DNA of 64,000 nucleotides from Escherichia coli 042 (GTDB lineage Bacteria; Pseudomonadota; Gammaproteobacteria; Enterobacterales; Enterobacteriaceae): NCBI RefSeq assembly GCF_000027125.1, contig NC_017626.1; one strand, 5' to 3'. Shown piece by piece: positions 56,131 to 64,000 of this stretch (position 1 is its first letter; each line of letters starts with the position of its first letter). The notes under the pieces were generated by a model. It saw only the letters and a program-made list of their open reading frames with translations, ran no database searches and was not told where the DNA came from. The position numbers and the translations under genes were made by a program.

Positions 56131-58113
56131 TTACCATTGATAACTCACGAAAATTTTTCCATTACGACCATCCTGTGGGATGCCTTGTGGCGACCAGTAC
56201 TCTTTGTCGAAAGCGTTACCCAACACCAAAGTAGTGGTCATACCTTTGAGCGCCTGCTGCCCTTGATAACTGACGTAGAAATCATTCACGCCATAGCCTG
56301 GTTGTTTGCTGTAACTGCTGCTGATATGTGTTGAGCGATCGGCAAACGTACCAACCCACCCAACAGAGAAGCCACTGTGAGCGATCGGAATATTCAGGGT
56401 GCTGGTAACGGTATCCGGGTTAATACTGGAGATATATTCGCCGGTATCGGTGTCTTTGCCGCGGGTACGGTTATAGGCCACATCAAGGCTAAACAGATCA
56501 GTGGTATATTTCGTCATCACATCCCAACCCCAGATTTTGGCGTTCGGGACGTTATACGACATAGTTGTCGCCGCCGCGAAATCGACGGTCGTGGAGATGT
56601 AATCCTTCGCTTTGGTATCAAAGTAGCTGGCTTTAAATTCCAGAGCATCATTGGACAACATCAGATCATCAAAACGCAGCCCAAAACCGTACTCCTGAGT
56701 TTCGTTAGTTTCCGGACGTAAGTTCGGGTTTGGCACCCAATAGTTGGTATAGAAGCGACCAATCGAGAAGTGCTTAGAATCGTTATACATTTCGCCCATC
56801 GTCGGGGCGCGGAATGCCTGGGCATATGAGCCAAATAACATCAGCCAGTTAGCCGGGTTGATAGTCATCCCCGCGCGAGATGACCATTTGTCGGCATCAA
56901 CATCTTTGTAGCCGTCGCTGCTACCGCGATAACTGTCATAGCGGGTTCCGCCAAGCAGGGTAATCGGCAGATCGCGTAAGGTGATCTCATCCTGTAGCCA
57001 GCCGGAGCTAAAATCGATTTTTGCTTGCGGGAAGCCCGTCGTCGCGCCGCCCGGATGTTGTTCCTGACGATAATACTCACCGCCATATGTCAGTAAGTGA
57101 GAAGCGAAACTGTCGGCAAATAGAGTGGAACGGTTCTCCAGTTTGGCTCCTTTTGTTATCTGTTCACGATACTCGCCGGAACTCCCCGTGTTTTGCGCAT
57201 TAATACGGACTTCCGACCAGTAAATTTTTGCATCTGCATTTAACCAGTCGTTGCCCTGCGGGGCGAGTTTATAAGAAAGCTGCGCATCGCGTTGAATTGT
57301 TGAACGATCAACCATCGGGTTGCTGCTATCAGAAGCTTCAACGGTCTGCGGATTTTTTGGTTCACGCGCGTCGTTGTTGTAGTAACGCACTAAACCGCTC
57401 AGAGACTGGGCTGAATCAATTTGCCAGGTCCCTTTCGCCAGCATGTTATTAATGGACTCGTCATTCGGCGCGGTTTCACCATTGCTCTGGCGTAAATCAC
57501 CCCGATCGCGACTGGACCAGGCCACAATACCATCCAGATTTTCAGTTCGCCCAAACGCGCTCGCGCCTAATCCCAGGCTATGGTCCCCCGTGCCGCCAGT
57601 ACCAAAGACACGAAAACCACTACTTTGTCCTTCCTGCAATAAATCTTTTGCATCGACCGTATCGTAGGAGATCACCCCACCCAGCGCGCCACTGCCATAC
57701 AGTAATGCTGAAGGTCCGCGAACAATCTCAACACGCTTGATCAGCGCCGGATCAAGAAAAGTACCATTCAGGTGTCCGGTATCCGTTCCCTGGCGAACAC
57801 CATCGACAAGAACCAGCACGCCGCGATGATCATAGCCACGCATATTTACATCCTGACCGTTGGTTCGTCCGGTACCATCAAGAGTAATTCCAGGAACATG
57901 ACGCAGCAGATCGGTGGCTGAAGTAGCCGTTTGATTTTCAGGAGCGGAAGTGTCGATGACGCTGACCATCATAGGCGCTTCGAAGGAACTACGGGCATTC
58001 CCCGTTGCCGTAACGGTCATGGTTTCAGTAGCAAAAGCAAACGTTGGCAAGGTGGCAGAAACAGCCAAAGCCAACAAACTCAAACGCAACGAGGTAAATT
58101 GCGGACGTGACAT
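56131..58113 (-). CDS. chuA: TonB-dependent outer membrane haem/haemoglobin receptor ChuA
   Basis: 660 aa; signal peptide, TonB box region, C-terminal beta-barrel ending in ...VSYQW (terminal aromatic). Confidence 0.95.
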   Translation of the reverse strand: MSRPQFTSLRLSLLALAVSATLPTFAFATETMTVTATGNARSSFEAPMMVSVIDTSAPENQTATSATDLLRHVPGITLDGTGRTNGQDVNMRGYDHRGVLVLVDGVRQGTDTGHLNGTFLDPALIKRVEIVRGPSALLYGSGALGGVISYDTVDAKDLLQEGQSSGFRVFGTGGTGDHSLGLGASAFGRTENLDGIVAWSSRDRGDLRQSNGETAPNDESINNMLAKGTWQIDSAQSLSGLVRYYNNDAREPKNPQTVEASDSSNPMVDRSTIQRDAQLSYKLAPQGNDWLNADAKIYWSEVRINAQNTGSSGEYREQITKGAKLENRSTLFADSFASHLLTYGGEYYRQEQHPGGATTGFPQAKIDFSSGWLQDEITLRDLPITLLGGTRYDSYRGSSDGYKDVDADKWSSRAGMTINPANWLMLFGSYAQAFRAPTMGEMYNDSKHFSIGRFYTNYWVPNPNLRPETNETQEYGFGLRFDDLMLSNDALEFKASYFDTKAKDYISTTVDFAAATTMSYNVPNAKIWGWDVMTKYTTDLFSLDVAYNRTRGKDTDTGEYISSINPDTVTSTLNIPIAHSGFSVGWVGTFADRSTHISSSYSKQPGYGVNDFYVSYQGQQALKGMTTTLVLGNAFDKEYWSPQGIPQDGRNGKIFVSYQW

Positions 58114-58118
58114 AGCGA

Positions 58119-58134
58119 TTCTCCATGAGGAAAA
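58119..58134 (-). promoter_or_regulatory. FourU-type RNA-thermometer-like hairpin sequestering the chuA Shine-Dalgarno
   Basis: mRNA-sense sequence UUUUCC-UCAU-GGAGAA immediately 5' of the chuA AUG; UUUUCC can pair with GGAGAA. A thermometer is reported for shuA/chuA in the literature. Confidence 0.55.
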
Positions 58135-58402
58135 TAAAAAATGCTGGCTGCCTGGGTTAATACCGGGGTGGCTGGCGAAAAATAAATTTATTTAAAATTC
58201 AGAGCGATAATATTCGCCGGGTGAGTTTACAGGCGTTTATATCCCATGAAATTGCCTGGTATCTCGGCAAATACGCAAAAGCACGCCCTCTTTGTCAGGC
58301 AAAACGATATGCCCCATCAGGAGTGAAGAGCGCTGTGCGTTACCCCTTGTAAATGATATGGCTTTGTTATCCATATGGCCGTATTTTGTTAAATGCAAAC
58401 GT

Positions 58403-58421
58403 GATAATGAGAATTATTATC
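58403..58421. promoter_or_regulatory. Fur box (GATAATGAGAATTATTATC)
   Basis: 17 of 19 positions match the GATAATGATAATCATTATC consensus; in the chuA-chuT divergent region. Confidence 0.7.
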
Positions 58422-58751
58422 GATCAATTTTTTATGATCAAGCTTTTTTTTAACCGCCATTAACACAATAAACAGAGGGTTATGAAACTTATCCTGCGCC
58501 CTGGAAACCACTTTATTTTTATGGTTATTCCCCCATGACCTCATCACTAAACTTTGTCGTTAACAGTGATAATTTTCTCTTCGCTTTGCTCTGCAAGCCT
58601 CGATATCTCTGGGTTCTCAGCTTTTTCCCGCGCTGAAATTTAGTCGGTAACAAGAACGTTAGCTGACGAAGCATCTTGATAAAAATCAAAAATAAATACG
58701 CTTGTAACGCCTTGCGTATTGAATCGACGGTTGTATTTCATATATAACTCA

Positions 58752-58770
58752 AATGATAATCATGATCATT
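58752..58770. promoter_or_regulatory. Fur box-like site (AATGATAATCATGATCATT) upstream of chuT
   Basis: Contains GATAATCAT core; lies just 5' of the proposed chuT ATG (58797). Confidence 0.6.
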
Positions 58771-58796
58771 CTCAATTTGATAAGAGTTCTCATATT

Positions 58797-59711
58797 ATGC
58801 CAAGGATCATCACCAGGCCGTTTCTTTTTTCCCCACTGACGTTATGTATTTCAGCCGTGGCCTCTGCTGCGAAGACCGCGGTAAAACGAAAAAAATTGTT
58901 TACGGCAGTACTGGCTCTTAGCTGGGCTTTTAGCGTAACGGCTGCCGAACGTATCGTGGTCGCAGGAGGATCGCTGACGGAGCTAATCTACGCGATGGGC
59001 GCTGGCGAACGCGTGGTTGGTGTCGATGAAACGACATCTTATCCACCAGAAACCGCCAAACTGCCGCATATTGGCTACTGGAAACAACTCAGCAGCGAAG
59101 GCATTTTGTCACTTCGCCCGGATAGCGTAATTACCTGGCAGGATGCCGGGCCACAAATTGTGCTCGACCAACTACGAGCGCAGAAAGTCAACGTCGTCAC
59201 CCTGCCGCGTGTGCCTGCCACCCTTGAGCAGATGTACGCCAACATTCGCCAACTGGCAAAAACGTTACAGGTTCCTGAACAAGGGGACGCGCTGGTGACA
59301 CAAATCAGCCAACGCCTGGAGCGAGTACAGCAAAACGTGGCGGCCAAAAAAGCCCCGGTTAAAGCCATGTTTATTCTCTCCGCAGGCGGAAGTGCGCCAC
59401 AGGTTGCCGGTAAAGGCAGCGTCGCGGACGCCATTCTTTCGCTTGCCGGAGCAGAAAACGTCGCTACCCACCAGCAGTACAAAAGCTACAGCGCGGAATC
59501 GCTGATTGCGGCTAACCCTGAAGTGATTGTCGTAACCTCACAAATGGTCGATGGCGATATTAATCGGCTACGTTCTATTGCCGGAATTACCCACACTGCC
59601 GCATGGAAAAACCAGCGCATTGTCACCGTTGATCAAAACCTGATTCTGGGAATGGGTCCGCGTATTGCTGATGTCGTTGAGTCTTTACACCAGCAGCTTT
59701 GGCCGCAATAA
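58797..59711 (+). CDS. chuT: Periplasmic haem-binding protein ChuT
   Basis: ORF 58719-59711 begins with a TTG that would overlap the Fur box; ATG 58797 (MPRIITRPF...) is the first plausible start. Start uncertain. Confidence 0.75.
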   Translation: MPRIITRPFLFSPLTLCISAVASAAKTAVKRKKLFTAVLALSWAFSVTAAERIVVAGGSLTELIYAMGAGERVVGVDETTSYPPETAKLPHIGYWKQLSSEGILSLRPDSVITWQDAGPQIVLDQLRAQKVNVVTLPRVPATLEQMYANIRQLAKTLQVPEQGDALVTQISQRLERVQQNVAAKKAPVKAMFILSAGGSAPQVAGKGSVADAILSLAGAENVATHQQYKSYSAESLIAANPEVIVVTSQMVDGDINRLRSIAGITHTAAWKNQRIVTVDQNLILGMGPRIADVVESLHQQLWPQ

Positions 59712-59730
59712 ATGGATTTAAATCAGACGA

Positions 59731-61068
59731 ATGAACACAAATAACACCCTGGATCTCACGCCACATTTTGCTTTAGACGGTGATCAGCCATTTAAAGACA
59801 GGCGCGCCATGATGCCGTTTCGTGGGGCCATTCCAGTTGCCAAAGAGCAACTGGCACAGACCTGGCAAGAGATGCTCAATCAAACGGTATCACCACGTAA
59901 GCGACTGGTTTATCTACACATTCCTTTTTGTGCAACACACTGCACGTTTTGTGGTTTTTATCAGAACCGTTTTAATGAAGATGCGTGTGCTCATTATACC
60001 GACGCCCTGATTCGTGAAATAGAAATGGAAGCGGACAGCGTATTGCATCAGTCAGCCCCCATCCACGCGGTCTATTTCGGTGGCGGCACGCCTTCCGCGC
60101 TTTCGGCACACGATTTGGCCAGAATTATCACCACATTACGAGAAAAGCTGCCACTGGCCCCTGATTGTGAAATCACTATCGAAGGCCGGGTACTGAATTT
60201 TGACGCTGAGCGAATCGATGCTTGCCTTGATGCAGGAGCAAACCGCTTCTCAATTGGTATTCAGTCGTTTAACAGCAAAATCCGCAAGAAAATGGCCCGC
60301 ACCTCGGATGGCCCAACCGCCATTGCGTTTATGGAAAGCCTGGTCAAACGCGACCGTGCAGCGGTGGTCTGTGACCTGCTGTTTGGCCTGCCGGGTCAGG
60401 ATGCGCAAACCTGGGGAGAAGATCTGACTATTGCCCGCGATATCGGTCTCGACGGCGTCGATCTCTATGCGCTCAATGTCCTGCCCAATACACCGCTGGG
60501 CAAAGCCGTGGAAAATGGGCGCACTACCGTGCCCTCTCCGGCAGAACGTCGCGATCTTTATCTGCAAGGGTGTGATTTTATGGACGATGCCGGTTGGCGC
60601 TGCATCAGTAACAGCCACTGGGGCCGTACCACACGCGAACGCAATCTCTATAACCTGCTGATAAAACAAGGTGCCGATTGTCTGGCCTTTGGTTCCGGAG
60701 CCGGCGGTTCGATTAATGGTTACTCCTGGATGAACGAACGCAATCTGCAGACCTGGCATGAATCCGTCGCGGCAGGCAAAAAACCGCTGATGATGATCAT
60801 GCGTAACGCCGAACGTAATGCGCAATGGCGTCATACCTTGCAGTCAGGTGTTGAAACAGCGCGTGTACCGCTGGATGAACTTACGCCACATGCCGAAAAA
60901 CTCGCGCCGTTACTGGCTCAATGGCACCAAAAAGGCTTAAGCCGCGATGCGTCAACTTGCCTGCGGCTGACTAATGAAGGTCGTTTCTGGGCAAGCAATA
61001 TTTTGCAGTCTCTTAATGAACTAATTCAGGTACTTAATGCGCCAGCGATTGTGCGTGAAAAACCATAA
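59731..61068 (+). CDS. chuW: Radical-SAM HemN-like anaerobic haem-degrading enzyme ChuW
   Basis: 445 aa; CxxxCxxC cluster motif FCATHCTFCGFY. Confidence 0.9.
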   Translation: MNTNNTLDLTPHFALDGDQPFKDRRAMMPFRGAIPVAKEQLAQTWQEMLNQTVSPRKRLVYLHIPFCATHCTFCGFYQNRFNEDACAHYTDALIREIEMEADSVLHQSAPIHAVYFGGGTPSALSAHDLARIITTLREKLPLAPDCEITIEGRVLNFDAERIDACLDAGANRFSIGIQSFNSKIRKKMARTSDGPTAIAFMESLVKRDRAAVVCDLLFGLPGQDAQTWGEDLTIARDIGLDGVDLYALNVLPNTPLGKAVENGRTTVPSPAERRDLYLQGCDFMDDAGWRCISNSHWGRTTRERNLYNLLIKQGADCLAFGSGAGGSINGYSWMNERNLQTWHESVAAGKKPLMMIMRNAERNAQWRHTLQSGVETARVPLDELTPHAEKLAPLLAQWHQKGLSRDASTCLRLTNEGRFWASNILQSLNELIQVLNAPAIVREKP

Positions 61069-61080
61069 CAGGAGTGATTT

Positions 61081-61575
61081 ATGAGCCATGTCTCGTTACA
61101 AGAATTTTTGAAAACGGAGCCGGACGGTACGCTGGAGGTGGTAGCCGAACAATACAACACCACACTGCTGGAAGTAGTGAAAAATCTGCCCTCCTCTACC
61201 ATAGTGTCAGGCGATAAATTCGATACTGTCTGGGATACCGTCTGCGAATGGGGCAACGTCACCACGTTAGTACATACTGCCGATGTCATCCTCGAATTTA
61301 GCGGCGAACTGCCTTCGGGTTTCCACCGCCACGGCTATTTCAACCTACGCGGAAAGCACGGCATGTCCGGGCATATCAAAGCAGAAAACTGCACACATAT
61401 TGCCTTGATCGGACGTAAATTTATGGGCATGGACACCGCATCCATTCTCTTTTTCAACAAAGAAGGCAGCGCAATGCTGAAAATCTTCCTCGGCAGGGAT
61501 GACCATCGTCAGCTCCTGAGCGAACAAGTCAGCGCCTTCCATGCTCTGGCAGCATCGTTAAAGGAACACGCCTGA
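61081..61575 (+). CDS. chuX: Haem-binding/utilisation protein ChuX
   Basis: 164 aa; follows chuW. Confidence 0.85.
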   Translation: MSHVSLQEFLKTEPDGTLEVVAEQYNTTLLEVVKNLPSSTIVSGDKFDTVWDTVCEWGNVTTLVHTADVILEFSGELPSGFHRHGYFNLRGKHGMSGHIKAENCTHIALIGRKFMGMDTASILFFNKEGSAMLKIFLGRDDHRQLLSEQVSAFHALAASLKEHA

Positions 61576-62198
61576 TGACGCCGTGGCTACTCTTTGGCGC
61601 AGGCGGAAAAGGTATGGGTGCCAGAACGCTTGAACTGGCGCTGGCGGAACAACGTCCGGTCGTTGCTGTCGTTCGTCATGCCGATGCCGCTACGAAACTG
61701 GCGCAACAAGGCGTACAGGTTTTTACAGGCGACGCCTGTGATGCCAGCGTAGTCGCGAATGCTTGCCGCGCAGCTGGCCCGGATGCGCTTATCATCTCAA
61801 CAATGGGCGGAGCTCAGGATTATCTGGCGCACAGAACAGTGATTGATGAGGCCGAAAAGGCCGGCATCAGTCGCATGATTCTGGTGACCTCTTTGGGATG
61901 CGGCGATAGCTGGCCGTTTTTATCGGAGCGGGCAAAGGCTGCGTTTGGTCAGGCGGTACGGGAAAAAACGCTGGCGGAAAGCTGGTTGCAAACCAGCCAG
62001 CTTGATTACGCCATTCTCCGCCCTGGCGGTCTGCTTGATGGGGCGGCAACGGGCAAAGCACAACGGATACAAAATCAGGAGTGTCATGGTTTTGTTCACC
62101 GTGCCGATGTCGCCGCACATATCCATGAACTGGCAAATGCGCCAGCACTTAACCAGCAGGTCTACAGTCTGATTGAACCGGACCTGAAACCGGCGTGA
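61575..62198 (+). CDS. chuY: NAD(P)-dependent reductase ChuY (Rossmann fold)
   Basis: 207 aa; N-terminal LLFGAGGKGMGARTL dinucleotide-binding motif. Confidence 0.85.
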   Translation: MTPWLLFGAGGKGMGARTLELALAEQRPVVAVVRHADAATKLAQQGVQVFTGDACDASVVANACRAAGPDALIISTMGGAQDYLAHRTVIDEAEKAGISRMILVTSLGCGDSWPFLSERAKAAFGQAVREKTLAESWLQTSQLDYAILRPGGLLDGAATGKAQRIQNQECHGFVHRADVAAHIHELANAPALNQQVYSLIEPDLKPA

Positions 62199-62246
62199 TA
62201 CCCCGGCGCGGCATGTCCGCGCCGTAATGTCGTAACGGAGTTTTGC

Positions 62247-63239
62247 GTGCTCAAGGATTCACTCTCTTCCGCCAGGGTCTTTATGGGGCTATCACTATTA
62301 TTGCTAGCTCTGGTGCTGTTCGGTGCCAGTCAGGGAGCGTTAAAGATCAGTTTTGATGCCCTTTTTGATGAGGAATACCGCGATATTTGGCTCAATATTC
62401 GTCTACCACGGGTTTTGTTGGCGGTGCTGGTAGGTGCAGCGTTGGCAACCGCAGGGGTAATTATGCAGGGGCTTTTTCGCAACCCAATGGCTGACCCTGG
62501 ATTACTCGGCGTCAGTAGCGGTTCTGCATTAATGGTTGGCGTTGCTATTGTACTGCCCTTTTCGTTCCCCGTGGTGCTGGTGCTTTATGAACAAATGGTG
62601 TTTGCCATCGCCGGAAGTTTAGTGGTCTGCACCATCATTTTTCTCATCACGCAGCGCCATCGCGATGGCAGCATGATGCAATTGTTACTCGCCGGTATCG
62701 CCATCAATGCCCTGTGCGGCGCAGCGATCGGCATCCTGAGCTATATCGGCGATGAGCAACAGCTACGACAACTCACGTTGTGGATGATGGGCAATCTCGG
62801 TCAGGCGCAATGGCCAACGTTATTGGTTGCCAGTTCCTTCATTCTGCCCGCCATTATGGCAACAACGTGTCTCGCCGGAACGCTGAATTTGCTGCAGCTC
62901 GGTGATGAAGAAGCCCATTACCTCGGCGTGAACGTAAAGCGTAAACGCCAGCAATTACTGTTAGTGAGCTCACTGCTCGTTGGTGCCGCCGTATCGGTAA
63001 GCGGCATTATCGGCTTTATTGGCCTGGTGATCCCGCATCTGATTCGTATGACTACCGGGGCAAATCACCGCTGGCTAATCCCTTGCTCCGCCCTCGCCGG
63101 AGCCTGTTTATTGCTGATGGCAGACACGCTTGCCCGCACGCTGGTACAGCCAGCAGAAATGCCCGTGGGATTATTAACCAGCCTGCTTGGCGGTCCTTAT
63201 TTTATGTGGTTGATTCTGCGCAACCGGAGGATCACATGA
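62247..63239 (+). CDS. chuU: Haem ABC transporter permease ChuU
   Basis: 330 aa FecCD-family permease. Confidence 0.9.
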   Translation: MLKDSLSSARVFMGLSLLLLALVLFGASQGALKISFDALFDEEYRDIWLNIRLPRVLLAVLVGAALATAGVIMQGLFRNPMADPGLLGVSSGSALMVGVAIVLPFSFPVVLVLYEQMVFAIAGSLVVCTIIFLITQRHRDGSMMQLLLAGIAINALCGAAIGILSYIGDEQQLRQLTLWMMGNLGQAQWPTLLVASSFILPAIMATTCLAGTLNLLQLGDEEAHYLGVNVKRKRQQLLLVSSLLVGAAVSVSGIIGFIGLVIPHLIRMTTGANHRWLIPCSALAGACLLLMADTLARTLVQPAEMPVGLLTSLLGGPYFMWLILRNRRIT

Positions 63240-64000
63240 TCAGCGCCCAGAATCTGGTTTATAGCCTTCAGGGGCGGCGTCTGACTGACAATGTCTCGCT
63301 GACTTTTCCCGGTGGGGAAATTGTTGCCATTCTCGGCCCTAATGGTGCGGGAAAATCTACGCTGCTTCGCCAGTTAACCGGCTATCTTCAACCTGATAGC
63401 GGCGAATGTCGGTTGTTTAATAAGCCATTAAATGAATGGTCGATTACTGAACTGGCGAAACACCGGGCCGTGATGCGTCAAAATAGCCACATGGCGTTTC
63501 CATTCAGCGTACAAGAAGTTATCCAGATGGGGCGGCATCCGCATCGTACTGGTAATCAGGATAATGAAACAGCACAAATAATGGCGTTATGTGACTGTCA
63601 GGCGTTAGCAAACCGCGACTATCGGCAATTATCCGGTGGTGAACAACAGCGCGTGCAATTAGCGCGCCTGCTGGTGCAACTCTGGGAACCTACTCCCTCA
63701 CCGAAATGGTTATTTCTTGATGAGCCAACTTCGGCGCTGGATATTCACCATCAGCAGCACTTGTTCCGTTTATTACGCCAGTTAGTTCACGAACGGCAGT
63801 TCAATGTTTGCTGCGTATTGCACGATCTAAATCTTGCCGCGCGTTATGCAGACCGTGTTGTATTAATGCAAAAAGGAAAGGTTATCGCAAATGGTAAACC
63901 TCAGGACGTATTGACACAGCAGGCGCTGACAATGCTCTACGGCGCGGATATTACCGTACTTAAAGATCCTGCCAACCATTCACCACTGATCGTCCTCGAT
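63236..64000 (+). CDS. chuV: Haem ABC transporter ATPase ChuV/HmuV, 3'-truncated by the window edge
   Basis: ATG 63236 overlaps chuU stop; Walker [10 protein letters not shown], signature LSGGEQQR; frame open to the end of the window. Confidence 0.85.
   Translation, partial: MISAQNLVYSLQGRRLTDNVSLTFPGGEIVAILGPNGAGKSTLLRQLTGYLQPDSGECRLFNKPLNEWSITELAKHRAVMRQNSHMAFPFSVQEVIQMGRHPHRTGNQDNETAQIMALCDCQALANRDYRQLSGGEQQRVQLARLLVQLWEPTPSPKWLFLDEPTSALDIHHQQHLFRLLRQLVHERQFNVCCVLHDLNLAARYADRVVLMQKGKVIANGKPQDVLTQQALTMLYGADITVLKDPANHSPLIVLD

Noticed and set aside
58719-58796. TTG-initiated 5' extension of chuT (ORF-track start 58719)
   Set aside because: The extension would run through the Fur-box-like site at 58752-58770 and encodes an implausible Asn/Asp/His-rich leader; the ATG at 58797 is preferred, though a start further downstream cannot be excluded.
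60250-60834. 194 aa minus-strand ORF inside chuW
   Set aside because: Antisense to the radical-SAM ChuW ORF; no motif support.

Overview
This 64 kb window is an Escherichia coli / Shigella-type chromosomal segment. Its backbone is syntenic with the K-12 region acpT - nikABCDER - yhhJ/rbbA/yhiI - yhiJ/yhiL/yhiM - yhiN - pitA - uspB/uspA - dtpB - rsmJ - prlC - rlmJ - gor - dinQ/agrAB - ars - yhiS - slp - dctR. On top of that backbone it carries four accessory blocks typical of non-K-12 lineages: (1) at 1-11285, the distal part of an aryl-polyene (APE) type-II-PKS-like biosynthetic cluster (adenylating enzyme, two ketosynthases, two hotdog dehydratases, ketoreductase, thioesterase, glycosyl/acyl-transferase, LolA-like/MMPL/lipoprotein export module) ending next to the phosphopantetheinyl transferase acpT; (2) at 17.3-23.1 kb, a galactitol-like PTS island (GntR regulator, EIIA/B/C, FGGY kinase, HPr paralog, class II aldolase) where K-12 carries rhsB; (3) an extended arsRDABC operon followed by a second ArsR-family regulator and an ArsP-like cysteine-rich permease; (4) the chu/shu haem uptake and utilisation locus (chuS, chuA, chuT, chuW, chuX, chuY, chuU, chuV-partial) after dctR. 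The least understood content is two AT-rich blocks: tandem minus-strand paralogs yhiJ/yhiL (DUF4049-type), which share a core with a PPP/calcineurin-like metallophosphoesterase motif series, and an intact yhiS-like ORF. I consider the yhiJ/yhiL pair the best candidate for an undescribed system here. All calls are from reading the sequence and ORF track; no database search was run. No rRNA, tRNA, CRISPR array, IS element or prophage was recognised.
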